Origin: an uncultured virus (IMG/VR IMGVR_UViG_3300032006_001851)
Lineage: Duplodnaviria > Heunggongvirae > Uroviricota > Caudoviricetes
Direction: 5' to 3' (one strand)
DNA: 64,000 nucleotides
IMG/VR virus record: IMGVR_UViG_3300032006_001851
Shown: positions 1 to 9,284 of the stretch, in pieces
Layout: each line of letters starts with the position of its first letter
How positions within the stretch are numbered: position 1 is the stretch's first letter
Translations under genes and position numbers: made by a program
The notes under the pieces: model-generated
Seen by the model: only the letters and a program-made list of their open reading frames with translations
Told to the model about the DNA's origin: nothing
Database searches by the model: none

Positions 1-1
1 T

Positions 2-919
2 TTCGGACCACAATCAGATAGTGATGTTGATTTAGGCACCACTGGTGTACGATGGAAAGACGCTTATATTGATACAATAACAACAACTGGAACTATTACA
101 GCAGGCGGAATAGTTACAGGTACAGGATTTACAGCAGGTAGTGCTGTTCTTGCTGAAGCAGAACTAGAACTACTTGATGGATTAACTGCTGGTACAGCGA
201 TTGCTTCTAAAGTAGTTACAACAGATGCAAATATAGATACAACAGGACAAAGAAACCTTACAATTTCTGGCGAATTAGATGCTGCTACGCTAGATATATC
301 AGGAAATGCTGACATTGACGGCACGACAAATTTGGATGCTGTTGATATTGATGGCAATGTTGACCTTGACGGAACGCTTACCATAGGAGCGGCACAGGAT
401 GGTTATGATTTTAAGGTCTTTGGTAATGGAGGAGACGCGGCGGACAGTCCACCGCAGTCGCCAGATAAATATTTCATGTGGGACGAAAGTGCAGACGGGG
501 TGAGGTTGAGAGGCAACTTTGTTCAGGAAGCGGTTCCCTACTCCAATACCGGAACTACTGTTAGTGACGATAGCGGAGCCACCATCAATATAGATTGGCA
601 AAAAGGGAACTATCACTGGATAGTTCTTGCTGCCAACGTAACAAAGATTATCTTCCAGAACATGAAGAGGGGCGGGAGATACATTTTAAGAATTGAACAA
701 CACTCAAGCTCTCCAAAAACCGTCTCGTGGGGAAATGTGGATTACGACGAAAGCAACGGGGCTTATACCGAGGTCAGATGGGTAGGAGGAACTGCTCCTA
801 CAATGACGAACACAGCGGGCAGAGTGGATGTGTACGGATTTCTTGGCACTAGGAGTAATGGCAGAGGTATGGACGGTTTTGTTATCGCTCAAAACGTGGC
901 AGAAGATGGAACTCACTAA
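2..919 (+). CDS. Tail or neck fibre-like structural protein, 5'-truncated by the window edge
   Basis: Frame 2 is open from position 2 (FGPQSDSDVDLGTTGVRWKDAY...) into the tracked 332..919 ORF, so the TTG at 332 is not the start. Short beta repeats (LDAATLDISGNADIDGTTNLDAVDIDG) and a C-terminal GG.Y.L...W..G.APT...D.YGF module are typical of phage fibre tips. Confidence 0.65.
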   Translation, partial: FGPQSDSDVDLGTTGVRWKDAYIDTITTTGTITAGGIVTGTGFTAGSAVLAEAELELLDGLTAGTAIASKVVTTDANIDTTGQRNLTISGELDAATLDISGNADIDGTTNLDAVDIDGNVDLDGTLTIGAAQDGYDFKVFGNGGDAADSPPQSPDKYFMWDESADGVRLRGNFVQEAVPYSNTGTTVSDDSGATINIDWQKGNYHWIVLAANVTKIIFQNMKRGGRYILRIEQHSSSPKTVSWGNVDYDESNGAYTEVRWVGGTAPTMTNTAGRVDVYGFLGTRSNGRGMDGFVIAQNVAEDGTH

Positions 920-928
920 GGATTAATT

Positions 929-1471
929 ATGGCACAAAATGCAACACTGGATGGCACTTCTGACAGGGGTGGGTGGGTAGACGAAAGCTCTGGCACTAGC
1001 AATATCCATACTAGCGCAGATGGAACTTCTGCTGGTTCTGATTATGTCCAAGGGCAAGTAGGATTTGATTCCGCACCAGTAGGACCGGCAATATTTACCC
1101 TTAGCAATGTAACAGACCCAGAGTCAGCCGCTGACCACAAGATAATATACACGGCCTTGGCAACTGCCGGGGGTTTCATGGGGACGCCGGGATTGACAAT
1201 AGCTCTATTTGAAGGAACCACACAAAGGCATAGTACAACTAATGGCAGTGTTAGTACAAGCAGCGCTACTCAATACACAATTAATCTTAGCAGCGGCGAA
1301 GCAAACAGTATAGGAGACTACACCAATCTAATCCTGCGTGTTACAAATGCAGGCTCTGAAATGGGAGACACTATTAGGATATTTAATATGTACTTCCAGT
1401 GCGGCGATGCATCAGAAGAAGAAGAAGAAGCAGACACAACAAGCCCAGCGTTTTTATTATTCTTTCCGTAG
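929..1471 (+). CDS. Hypothetical virion-associated protein (S/T/G-rich)
   Basis: 180-aa ORF with SD (aagg), collinear with the structural genes. Confidence 0.55.
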   Translation: MAQNATLDGTSDRGGWVDESSGTSNIHTSADGTSAGSDYVQGQVGFDSAPVGPAIFTLSNVTDPESAADHKIIYTALATAGGFMGTPGLTIALFEGTTQRHSTTNGSVSTSSATQYTINLSSGEANSIGDYTNLILRVTNAGSEMGDTIRIFNMYFQCGDASEEEEEADTTSPAFLLFFP

Positions 1472-1480
1472 GAGTAAATC

Positions 1481-1840
1481 ATGGCGGAATTAACAGCAAA
1501 TTTTAATGGCAAGGATATTACCGTAACATATCCAGACTCTATACTTGGGAAGGCTCAGGAAGCTTTTCCAGCTATGAATGCTAACTTATGGTCTTCATTC
1601 TATCAAGATAAACTAGATGCCTTAGACGAAGACGAACCAAGTGAAGACCAACTAAGTGAATGGAAGTATGAGTTTACAGTTGACTGTATTATGCAGGATA
1701 TAATAAGCACAATAAGATCCTATGAAATACAAGAAGCGGTTAAAAATGTTGAGGACCAAGCAAAAGCTGCTGTGGATGAGGCGTTAGGTCAAATTAGTGT
1801 GGACATTGAAGAAGAGTCGTCTGGTCCAAGTTTTGTCTAA
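1481..1840 (+). CDS. Hypothetical acidic protein (possible fibre assembly factor)
   Basis: 119-aa ORF with aggag SD. The function is a positional guess only. Confidence 0.5.
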   Translation: MAELTANFNGKDITVTYPDSILGKAQEAFPAMNANLWSSFYQDKLDALDEDEPSEDQLSEWKYEFTVDCIMQDIISTIRSYEIQEAVKNVEDQAKAAVDEALGQISVDIEEESSGPSFV

Positions 1841-1856
1841 AGCGTAGGGGTGCAAC

Positions 1857-2441
1857 ATGCTAGGCTTTAATGCGATTAGCGAAGCCCCATTTTCAGAAGT
1901 AGAAAGTGGCATCATTAATACGGCGTCACTTTCTGGCGCTGCTAGCCTAATAACGGTGTCTTTGAAATCTAGCATAGGTTCTGGTAGTCCGTTTGATTCC
2001 GGCTTTGGTATTGGATACGAAAGCGGAAGTAGGCTAAGGGGCACGGCTACAATTACGCAGAATCTATTAAGTTCTTCTATGAGCTTAGTGGCCACCCCAA
2101 CCATAATTTCAGGCGATGTTGTATTTACAGAGAGTCTTAGCCTACAAAGCAGCACAAGTTTTAGCGCAAATAGTGTATTATTAATTGGGCCATCTAGTAG
2201 TATTGGTGCAAGCGTATTCTCAATACAGGCGGTTCTTTCTGGAAGCAAGGATCAAGCGGACTCCAAGCTGTTCACATTGTACCTAGACAAAGGAATAGAT
2301 TTATCTTCAAACATCTATAAAGGAATTGATATTTCAGCATACATTGATAAGTCATCCGGCTATTCCAGCCATCTCGACAAAGGAACTTTAATTACAGGAC
2401 ATATAGACAAATCCATGGATCAGATATTGGTGAGAGAATAA
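1857..2441 (+). CDS. Ser-rich virion-associated protein with C-terminal 10-aa repeats
   Basis: Starts MLGFNAISEAPFS. The C-terminus has about 5 repeats at 10-aa spacing (YLDKGIDL, NIYKGIDI, YIDKSSGY, HLDKGTLI, HIDKSMDQ). Confidence 0.55.
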   Translation: MLGFNAISEAPFSEVESGIINTASLSGAASLITVSLKSSIGSGSPFDSGFGIGYESGSRLRGTATITQNLLSSSMSLVATPTIISGDVVFTESLSLQSSTSFSANSVLLIGPSSSIGASVFSIQAVLSGSKDQADSKLFTLYLDKGIDLSSNIYKGIDISAYIDKSSGYSSHLDKGTLITGHIDKSMDQILVRE

Positions 2442-2444
2442 CAC

Positions 2445-2753
2445 ATGGCAGCTAATGAAATTCACGTCAACGATATAGGTACTATTTTTACGATTACCGT
2501 AAAAGATGGTTCAAGCGCAGTGAATATATCTTCAGCTAGCGCTAAGCAAGTAGTTATCAAAAAGCCCAGTGGTACAAAACTTACCAAGGATACGGCTTTT
2601 GTTACAGATGGAACTGACGGACAAATGAAGTATACGATTGTTTCTGGAGATTTGGACGAAGCGGGAACATATAAGTTACAGGGATATTTGACCATCTCAG
2701 ATGGAACATTTTATACGGACATAACATCTTTTAAAGTTTACAGAAACCTATAG
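2445..2753 (+). CDS. BppU N-terminal-like Ig-fold structural protein
   Basis: The pattern ND.G..F...V.D....V.IS......IKKP.G......DG..G.M.Y....DLD.AG.Y..Q resembles BppU_N-type modules. Confidence 0.55.
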   Translation: MAANEIHVNDIGTIFTITVKDGSSAVNISSASAKQVVIKKPSGTKLTKDTAFVTDGTDGQMKYTIVSGDLDEAGTYKLQGYLTISDGTFYTDITSFKVYRNL

Positions 2754-2764
2754 GGAGCAACAGT

Positions 2765-3277
2765 ATGACTTGGCAAAATGAAATGACGCTTATTGTTCGC
2801 CACCTTATAAATGATTTAGATTCCTCCAACTACACATTCATAGATGACAGAGTCGAAGAGTCTATCTTAGTATCCGCTCAACTTGTCCTTCATGAAATAG
2901 ATTTCGAAAAGACCTACACTGTTGACGTGGACTCCTCGACGTTATCCCCAGATCCCACCATCGCCTCAGACAAAGATGACCCTTTCATTACGTTGGTAAG
3001 CCTCAAAACCGCCAACCTCCTCATTGGCAGTGAACTTAAAACCAACTCTCTCAACGCTATCTCCCTAAGAGACGGAGCTTCAGCAATCGACTTAAGAGGA
3101 ATTGTTCAGGGTCTAAAGCTTTTGTTTGAGGACACCTACAAAAAATATGAAGACGCGAAAATGCAGTACAAGGCTGGCGGAAACGTAATCGGACAAGCCA
3201 TCCTTAGCCCATACTCACCGGGAAGTGATTCGGTTTCTACAACTAGGTATATAAGTAGATTAGGACGTTTTGAATAA
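2765..3277 (+). CDS. Putative head-tail adaptor
   Basis: Mostly helical 170 aa, VR.LI.D...FID...E near the N-terminus, at the start of the neck gene series. Confidence 0.45.
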   Translation: MTWQNEMTLIVRHLINDLDSSNYTFIDDRVEESILVSAQLVLHEIDFEKTYTVDVDSSTLSPDPTIASDKDDPFITLVSLKTANLLIGSELKTNSLNAISLRDGASAIDLRGIVQGLKLLFEDTYKKYEDAKMQYKAGGNVIGQAILSPYSPGSDSVSTTRYISRLGRFE

Positions 3278-5571
3278 TGGTAGAAAGAAAAAAATCAGAT
3301 CTAAAGACCCAGATTGAATCGCAGCTTGCGGATAATACCGATGGCGGTATTACCGCTAAGGTTTTGCGAGACAACATGGTTGATATTGTTGAATCCATTA
3401 TTCCAATTATGGCTAGTGGAACCGATAACTATTTTAGAAATGATGTGGACTTTAGAGACAGTAGTGTAACTACCAGCAATACTGCCATAGGTTCTATGTT
3501 TGGACAATGGGACACCAACATTGTTTCAGCGGTAACGTTTGCAACGGGCAATGACGCAAACACGCACAAAGATCACGGGTCGATAGAATTTTATACTTCC
3601 GCTGGCGTTCTTGCTTCTGGGACCGATGTTCTTTCAAAGAGGGTGGTTATTGATAATCATGGAACCGTCAGCATCTTTGGAAGCGGGGTGATGGACAATG
3701 GGGATACTGGTGGTCCTACTTTACATTTGAAATCGATACATGGGTCGGGATTAGGATTGCTGCTAGAGGGTTCTGAACGAGACATAGGAATCCCAACCGG
3801 CAAAAATTTCCAACTGGGACATCACCGTTCTGATCAAGACTTCACTCCCAGACTAGTAGTAAATAGTCTCGGATATCTTGGCATTGGAAGAGAGCATCCG
3901 GCAGAACCCGTACATGTTGCCCACTCTGGTTATGCAATAAGACTTGATACGCAAATTAGTAGCCCCAACAAGTCTAACTTAATGTTGAATAAGTATAAGT
4001 CAACCACCACTTGGTCAGATGATGACCTCCTGCTTGGGTTTGGCATGGGCGTGCATACCGCAGCTAGCGGTCATGGGTATTTCTATATTGGTGCAAACGC
4101 CTCACGAGATTTCCTAGTAAAGACAACAGAAGCCGCCATGGTTATTTCTAGTGGCGGATATATGGGTATTGGCAATGTAGGCCCGAATGAGAAACTCGTA
4201 GTAGGCGATGATCTGGGCAAGATAACATCTAGTGGAAACGCTGTAGTAGTTGGCACCACCAATGGGCCTTCCCACTTGATAATGGGTTCTGGGGTTGGAA
4301 ATGCCAACAGAGCTAACTACTCTTCATTTAAGTGGGAAAATGACAATAACAGATTAGTAGTTGAAACTAGAAGTAACTTTAAGAAAATGCAGAATCAGTT
4401 GGTTCTGGATTCAACAAATGGAAACGTAGGCATTGGATCTTCTGGCCTATATCCAAAAGCTGTCAAAACTCCAACATACTGGAAGCCTAACTACAAGCTA
4501 CATGTTATGGGTAGTGGGTCTTCTGTTGATCTTGCCATAGAGAATGCTGGCAATTCTGCCACCGCTCTTTATTTTGGAAAAGAGACAAATGCCAGTGGTG
4601 TTACAAATGCTGGTGATTGGAGTTGCATGGGGTATCACTCAGTTAATGATTCCCTAAAGATAAACAATTCTGGATCAATTACCGCCAACCACTTTGCCAT
4701 TAATAAGACTGGCAACGTGGGTATAAACACAAGCTCTCCGTATGAGAATGTCGCAATTGGAAAAAATAGATTGCATGTTTATGGTGAAAATAGCGCAGTG
4801 CTTATTGGTGACCCCTTGGGTGGAAGTTATTCTGCTCTCAGATTGCTAGGGTCGAGAAGCTCTTCTGGAGATTCAAATAATACAGCGTTTATTCAAGCGG
4901 GAACCACGGCGGCAGATACAGATGCCAAATTGAGAATATCTAGATTTGACACAGATGCCACCAACCTATTTAGATTTGATATTTATGCAGACGAAACCAG
5001 ACTTCGTGGGTCTGGAATATTTCATGACGGCATAAGAATGAATGACGGCAATATAGCTCTGAACAACGCTTGGCTCTCCAATGAAGGCACAGATAATGGC
5101 TTGAGGATCAACGGAAACAATGTAGGGATAGGCAGCTTGGTTAATATAAACTACATGCTTGAATTGGCTACCAATTCTGCTGCCAAGCCTCTGAGTACTT
5201 TATGGATAGCTACTTCAGATGAAAGAATTAAGGAGAACATACAGTCTATAGATAGTGAGTCTGCATTGAACAGAATTATGAACCTAAGACCTGTTAGTTT
5301 TAATTTCATCGAGGAATACTGCCACTGTCATAGTGTCGATGAAGGCAGCACGCATTACAACTTTATTGCTCAAGAAGTTGCTGATGTATTTCCAGAGTGT
5401 GTCGTAGAGGCTGGGTCAGATTTGATTGACCATGATACCGGAGAGGTTATTGTTGAAAACTTGAAAGGGTTGGATGCTCATTCAATCAACGTCCATATGA
5501 TCTCAGCAATTCAAGAATTGAAGACACAGCTTGATGCTGCAAAAGAGAGAATTTCACAACTAGAATCCTAA
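3277..5571 (+). CDS. Trimeric fibre/appendage protein with C-terminal intramolecular chaperone (peptidase S74)
   Basis: Repeated G(N/Y)(V/L/M)GI(G/N) units. The C-terminus has SDERIKENI...LRPVSF...FIAQEV..VFPE.V and a terminal coiled coil (AIQELKTQLDAAKERISQLE). Confidence 0.85.
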   Translation: MVERKKSDLKTQIESQLADNTDGGITAKVLRDNMVDIVESIIPIMASGTDNYFRNDVDFRDSSVTTSNTAIGSMFGQWDTNIVSAVTFATGNDANTHKDHGSIEFYTSAGVLASGTDVLSKRVVIDNHGTVSIFGSGVMDNGDTGGPTLHLKSIHGSGLGLLLEGSERDIGIPTGKNFQLGHHRSDQDFTPRLVVNSLGYLGIGREHPAEPVHVAHSGYAIRLDTQISSPNKSNLMLNKYKSTTTWSDDDLLLGFGMGVHTAASGHGYFYIGANASRDFLVKTTEAAMVISSGGYMGIGNVGPNEKLVVGDDLGKITSSGNAVVVGTTNGPSHLIMGSGVGNANRANYSSFKWENDNNRLVVETRSNFKKMQNQLVLDSTNGNVGIGSSGLYPKAVKTPTYWKPNYKLHVMGSGSSVDLAIENAGNSATALYFGKETNASGVTNAGDWSCMGYHSVNDSLKINNSGSITANHFAINKTGNVGINTSSPYENVAIGKNRLHVYGENSAVLIGDPLGGSYSALRLLGSRSSSGDSNNTAFIQAGTTAADTDAKLRISRFDTDATNLFRFDIYADETRLRGSGIFHDGIRMNDGNIALNNAWLSNEGTDNGLRINGNNVGIGSLVNINYMLELATNSAAKPLSTLWIATSDERIKENIQSIDSESALNRIMNLRPVSFNFIEEYCHCHSVDEGSTHYNFIAQEVADVFPECVVEAGSDLIDHDTGEVIVENLKGLDAHSINVHMISAIQELKTQLDAAKERISQLES

Positions 5572-5586
5572 TTATAGGAGTCAATA

Positions 5587-5826
5587 ATGGCTATAGTACA
5601 AAAGGTTATAAGTGGAAATAATGTTGAAAACGGTAATGCTTTGGTGCAGTCTCCCAGAGGCGTTGCCAACACGCTAGCCGGGGCAAACGAAAGAATTGGC
5701 TCGAATTATACAATCGACGCCCCGTTCACTGACAAAAGAGATACTACAGCGATTGCAACCTTAAACAGGTTGTATGATGATAAATATGATGAGCCGCGTT
5801 ATTACTCAGGTGATGCAATAACATAA
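5587..5826 (+). CDS. Small hypothetical protein
   Basis: 79-aa ORF with aggag SD that fills the gap between its neighbours. Confidence 0.55.
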   Translation: MAIVQKVISGNNVENGNALVQSPRGVANTLAGANERIGSNYTIDAPFTDKRDTTAIATLNRLYDDKYDEPRYYSGDAIT

Positions 5827-5837
5827 GGTGACAATTC

Positions 5838-6329
5838 ATGGCCATCCAACTTTCCGGCAAGGTTTTTACAAAGTTTAATGAAGCCATTAAGCTTTTTGAA
5901 AGAACTGCAACTGTGGTTTATCCAGAGAAAAGGGAGCGGTGTGGTAACTGTATTACCAACACCATAGGGGGAAGGTCTGCCAATTTCTATCGTAGCGGAG
6001 GCCCCATTTCGTTTAACAGGGGATCCATTTGTCCTCTGTGTGGCGGGGTGGGTTTTAAGCTGATAGAAAATAAAGATACTGTTAACCTAAGAATTTATCA
6101 CGACAGAAAAAATTGGGTCAATGTCGGCTTTGAGGTCGACATACCTAATAATACTATCCAGACAGTTGGCTATATGAGCGATTATGCCAAACTAACCAAG
6201 GCCAAAGAACTCCTAGTCGACATAGGCTCTTACAACCAGATGAGATACAAAAGGACGGGAGAGCCTATACCGCAAGGGTTTAAGCAAAATCCCACACAGT
6301 ATATTGTTATGTTTTGGGAAAGAGTCTAA
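5838..6329 (+). CDS. Putative head-closure (stopper) protein with zinc-binding motif
   Basis: CGNC...CPLCGGVG followed by a beta-rich region ending P.PQG.....Y....WER. Located in the neck series. Confidence 0.5.
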   Translation: MAIQLSGKVFTKFNEAIKLFERTATVVYPEKRERCGNCITNTIGGRSANFYRSGGPISFNRGSICPLCGGVGFKLIENKDTVNLRIYHDRKNWVNVGFEVDIPNNTIQTVGYMSDYAKLTKAKELLVDIGSYNQMRYKRTGEPIPQGFKQNPTQYIVMFWERV

Positions 6330-6988
6330 TGTCTTTTTATCATATTTTAGAAAACAATCAAGAAATTGCCAACAAAATCTTGACGGCTTTAGCGGAGGTA
6401 ATAGGCCCTCATTTTTCAACAGCCGTTGATGGAATCAGAGAAGATGTTTCTGCTGTTGTAAAAGAAACCATATCATCCTCACCAGAAATGCAGTCTCTAT
6501 TGGGCGGAACTTTGCAATTTGATATAGGGTTACCCCCCGGACAGGCTGTTCAAGTAGTAGATATTTTTGCGCAGGCAATAGCAGCCAACGTGGTTGTAAA
6601 ATACAAAAATGTCAAAAAGTCTGGTAGAAAACTCAAGGGTGGAATAACCATTGAAATTCAACCGCTGGCGTATCAAAATATACCAAACATACCCCTTCAA
6701 TGGGATTTAACTTCGGGTCAGCAAGCAGATGTAAAAACCCTATTGCTAGAGGCCGGGGACTCCATTCTTGTTTTTGGTTACGATATACAATATGGTCCGT
6801 TTGGTAGAAGCGGAGGGGCCAGAATGAGCAGACACGCCGATGAATCATGGGGGATGAGTGCAGGGGTTTCCAGAGTTCCTCCAAGCTTTTCTGGCACAAG
6901 GTCAAATAACTTCATCAGCAGAGCTTTGAAAAACAAAGATTTTGAATCTAAGCTATCTGCTGTTCTCGTAAAAAGACTGTCTAAATAA
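6329..6988 (+). CDS. Putative neck protein
   Basis: Start moved to ATG 6329 (TAATG overlap). C-terminal VPP..SGT..NNFISRAL. Lies between the closure and terminator candidates. Confidence 0.45.
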   Translation: MSFYHILENNQEIANKILTALAEVIGPHFSTAVDGIREDVSAVVKETISSSPEMQSLLGGTLQFDIGLPPGQAVQVVDIFAQAIAANVVVKYKNVKKSGRKLKGGITIEIQPLAYQNIPNIPLQWDLTSGQQADVKTLLLEAGDSILVFGYDIQYGPFGRSGGARMSRHADESWGMSAGVSRVPPSFSGTRSNNFISRALKNKDFESKLSAVLVKRLSK

Positions 6989-6997
6989 GTAGATAAT

Positions 6998-8029
6998 ATG
7001 TCACACGCTAGCAAAAATCTAAAAGGATTCGATAACGTAGGGGACAATACGTTAAATACCATCTTGCAAGACAACTTGGTAGAATTTTTTGATTGGGCGT
7101 TGTTGGAAAAGGGAAACTTCTTTAACATAGAAATCCCCACGTCTGGTCACTATGGAGGCGATAAGCATAAGTTAAGACTTGTCGATGATCCTAATTACGA
7201 CTCTGGTCAGGTATGGGAGGGATTTAGATCTAATTGGGTATGGCAAAGTGGGTTATCTTATCAGGCTCAACCCAATGTTATACAAAAGATGCTTGAAGAT
7301 ACAAGTGGTGATTATCCTAATCAAGAGAGACCACCCGGAATTTCTGGAGTGTTTGTGGATAATGTTTTTAGACCGGCTTCCGGCGTCGGCCCACACTCCT
7401 TTCATGTAGACTATCCAAAGGGAAGAATTGTTTTTGGCTCTGCAATTTCATCAACTAGTGATGTGCAAGCAGAATTCAGTTATAAATGGATCAATGTTAC
7501 CAGAGCCAACCAGCAATTCTTCAGAGAAATACAATATAGGTCTCAAAGAGCCGATGCTGATTTTAATTACGCAGCTTCCGGGGACTGGTCTCAGTTGGCG
7601 CAAACCAGAATGCAACTTCCAGTTATAGCTGTTGAAGCGGTTTCCAGAAGAGATTTTGAACCGTTCCAGCTTGGTGGAGGTCAGTATGTTAATACTGAAG
7701 TTCTGTTCCATATACTAGCAGAAGAAGAGTATGATCGTGATAAGCTACTTGATATAGTTTCTTTACAGAATGAAAAAACTATCAACGCTTTTGACTCAGA
7801 TAGAGTAGAAGATTATCAGATCAAGGCTTTTCCGCTAGACTGGAGGGGAATGACCAGACCAAGTGGTCTGAGGTATCCAGAATTAGTAGACGATTTTAGA
7901 AGTGTTAAGATTTTACACGGAAGCATTAGGCTCAAGGACTCTGCAATTACAGCCTCTACTAGCATTAATCCTAACCTATATCATGGCGTAGTGAGGACTT
8001 CAACGGAGGTAATTTTACCGGGAATATAG
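6998..8029 (+). CDS. Putative tail terminator/completion protein
   Basis: Directly precedes the tail tube gene. The C-terminal LPVIAVE...LGGG......FHILAE...RD.L.D resembles tail terminators. Confidence 0.5.
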   Translation: MSHASKNLKGFDNVGDNTLNTILQDNLVEFFDWALLEKGNFFNIEIPTSGHYGGDKHKLRLVDDPNYDSGQVWEGFRSNWVWQSGLSYQAQPNVIQKMLEDTSGDYPNQERPPGISGVFVDNVFRPASGVGPHSFHVDYPKGRIVFGSAISSTSDVQAEFSYKWINVTRANQQFFREIQYRSQRADADFNYAASGDWSQLAQTRMQLPVIAVEAVSRRDFEPFQLGGGQYVNTEVLFHILAEEEYDRDKLLDIVSLQNEKTINAFDSDRVEDYQIKAFPLDWRGMTRPSGLRYPELVDDFRSVKILHGSIRLKDSAITASTSINPNLYHGVVRTSTEVILPGI

Positions 8030-8034
8030 TTTTT

Positions 8035-8046
8035 TGGTGTATAATA
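8035..8046 (+). promoter_or_regulatory. Candidate phage promoter element TGGTGTATAATA
   Basis: Intergenic, contains TATAAT, upstream of the tail tube gene. An identical 12-mer is at 46148. Confidence 0.6.
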
Positions 8047-8093
8047 TCATGGCAACTCGCATTCTTCGCACAATGTAAAGGAGAGCTTATAAA

Positions 8094-9119
8094 ATGGCCA
8101 ATAATAGAATTTTCTGGGCATGTCAGGCAGTGCTTCAAGCCACACACGGCGAAGCCGACATGACCAACGCAACAGCGCTTTACGGCGTTCAGAGTGTAGG
8201 CATTACAACAACTTTCAACCTCGAACAAGCTTTCGAATTGGGTCAGATCGGCCTATACGAAAACATCGAAGAAGTACCCGATGTTGAAGTTACTATCGAA
8301 AAGGTTTTGGACGGCAGACCGTTAATCTACACGTCCATGTGCCCAACTGCTGGCAGTATCGTAGCCAAGGCCAACGACAGACGAGATGTTTATCTCGCTA
8401 TCTATTCTGACACGGCTGAAAAGGCCGGTGCGGCAGAACCCGGCTCTATTGTTTACTGCTCAGGCATGTATGTAAGTTCACTTACCTACACGCTTCCTGT
8501 AGACGGAAACTCAACTGAGTCCGTCACGATGGTTGGTAACGACAAGAGATGGTACGGTAACGCCTCTGATTTCACAACCGTTCTTCCTGCGCATCTTGGT
8601 GCTAAAGACCTTAGCTTCGGAGCAATTGGTAGTGAGCACTCTCCCGGTTCTGACGGGGTTCAGAGAAGAGAAAATGTCAACCTTGCAGCTTCTGTTCTCC
8701 CGGCGGATATTCCCGGCGTCGAAGACACTAGCACGGGCAACGGTTGGAATAGTTCTGCAAACTCACCCCACGTTCACCTTAACAGTATTACTGTTAGTGC
8801 TGACCTTGGTCGTGACGCGATTAATGAACTAGGTAGAAAGACTCCGTACCACAGATACGTTACTTTCCCGCTGGAAGTTACATCTGAGTTCGAAGTCACT
8901 ACAGTTTCCGGTGACCTAGTTGATGCCAGAAGTACTGCCGACAACTTGACAGATCGACAGATCTACATCAAGATGACCGATGGCACTATCTTGGATCTTG
9001 CAAGTAAAAATAAGTTAAACAGTGTTACCTATGCTGGTGGTAGTACCGGTGGTGAAAACGCAACTGTAACCTACAGTTACTCAACGTTCAACGCCCTTAC
9101 TGTTACTTCGCCTTCGTAA
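8094..9119 (+). CDS. Major tail tube protein
   Basis: Strong SD (aaggag) and its own promoter candidate. Beta-rich, with tube-type QS......F..E...ELG motifs. Upstream of the chaperone-region and tape measure genes. Confidence 0.75.
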   Translation: MANNRIFWACQAVLQATHGEADMTNATALYGVQSVGITTTFNLEQAFELGQIGLYENIEEVPDVEVTIEKVLDGRPLIYTSMCPTAGSIVAKANDRRDVYLAIYSDTAEKAGAAEPGSIVYCSGMYVSSLTYTLPVDGNSTESVTMVGNDKRWYGNASDFTTVLPAHLGAKDLSFGAIGSEHSPGSDGVQRRENVNLAASVLPADIPGVEDTSTGNGWNSSANSPHVHLNSITVSADLGRDAINELGRKTPYHRYVTFPLEVTSEFEVTTVSGDLVDARSTADNLTDRQIYIKMTDGTILDLASKNKLNSVTYAGGSTGGENATVTYSYSTFNALTVTSPS

Positions 9120-9126
9120 TCGACTA

Positions 9127-9212
9127 TTGAGGTCTAGGCGTTTACTAGACCGCTCAAAACCAGTATATGATGCGATAGCCATTTTTGGGATAGGCGAGTG
9201 GGTATACTGGTT
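9127..9212 (+). other. Two adjacent inverted repeats after the tail tube stop
   Basis: TTGAGGTCTAG/CTAGACCGCTCAA (9127-9157) and AACCAGTATAT/GTATACTGGTT (9158-9212). Confidence 0.5.
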
Positions 9213-9284
9213 AAAATACATTAGGATCTTAGGAGTGGACAGTTATGATAGCAAACACAAAATTCCCGTTGGTAAAGTTTCGAT

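Noticed and set aside
332..919. TTG start at 332
   Set aside because: The frame is open back to position 2 with the same repeat style, so the gene starts outside the window.
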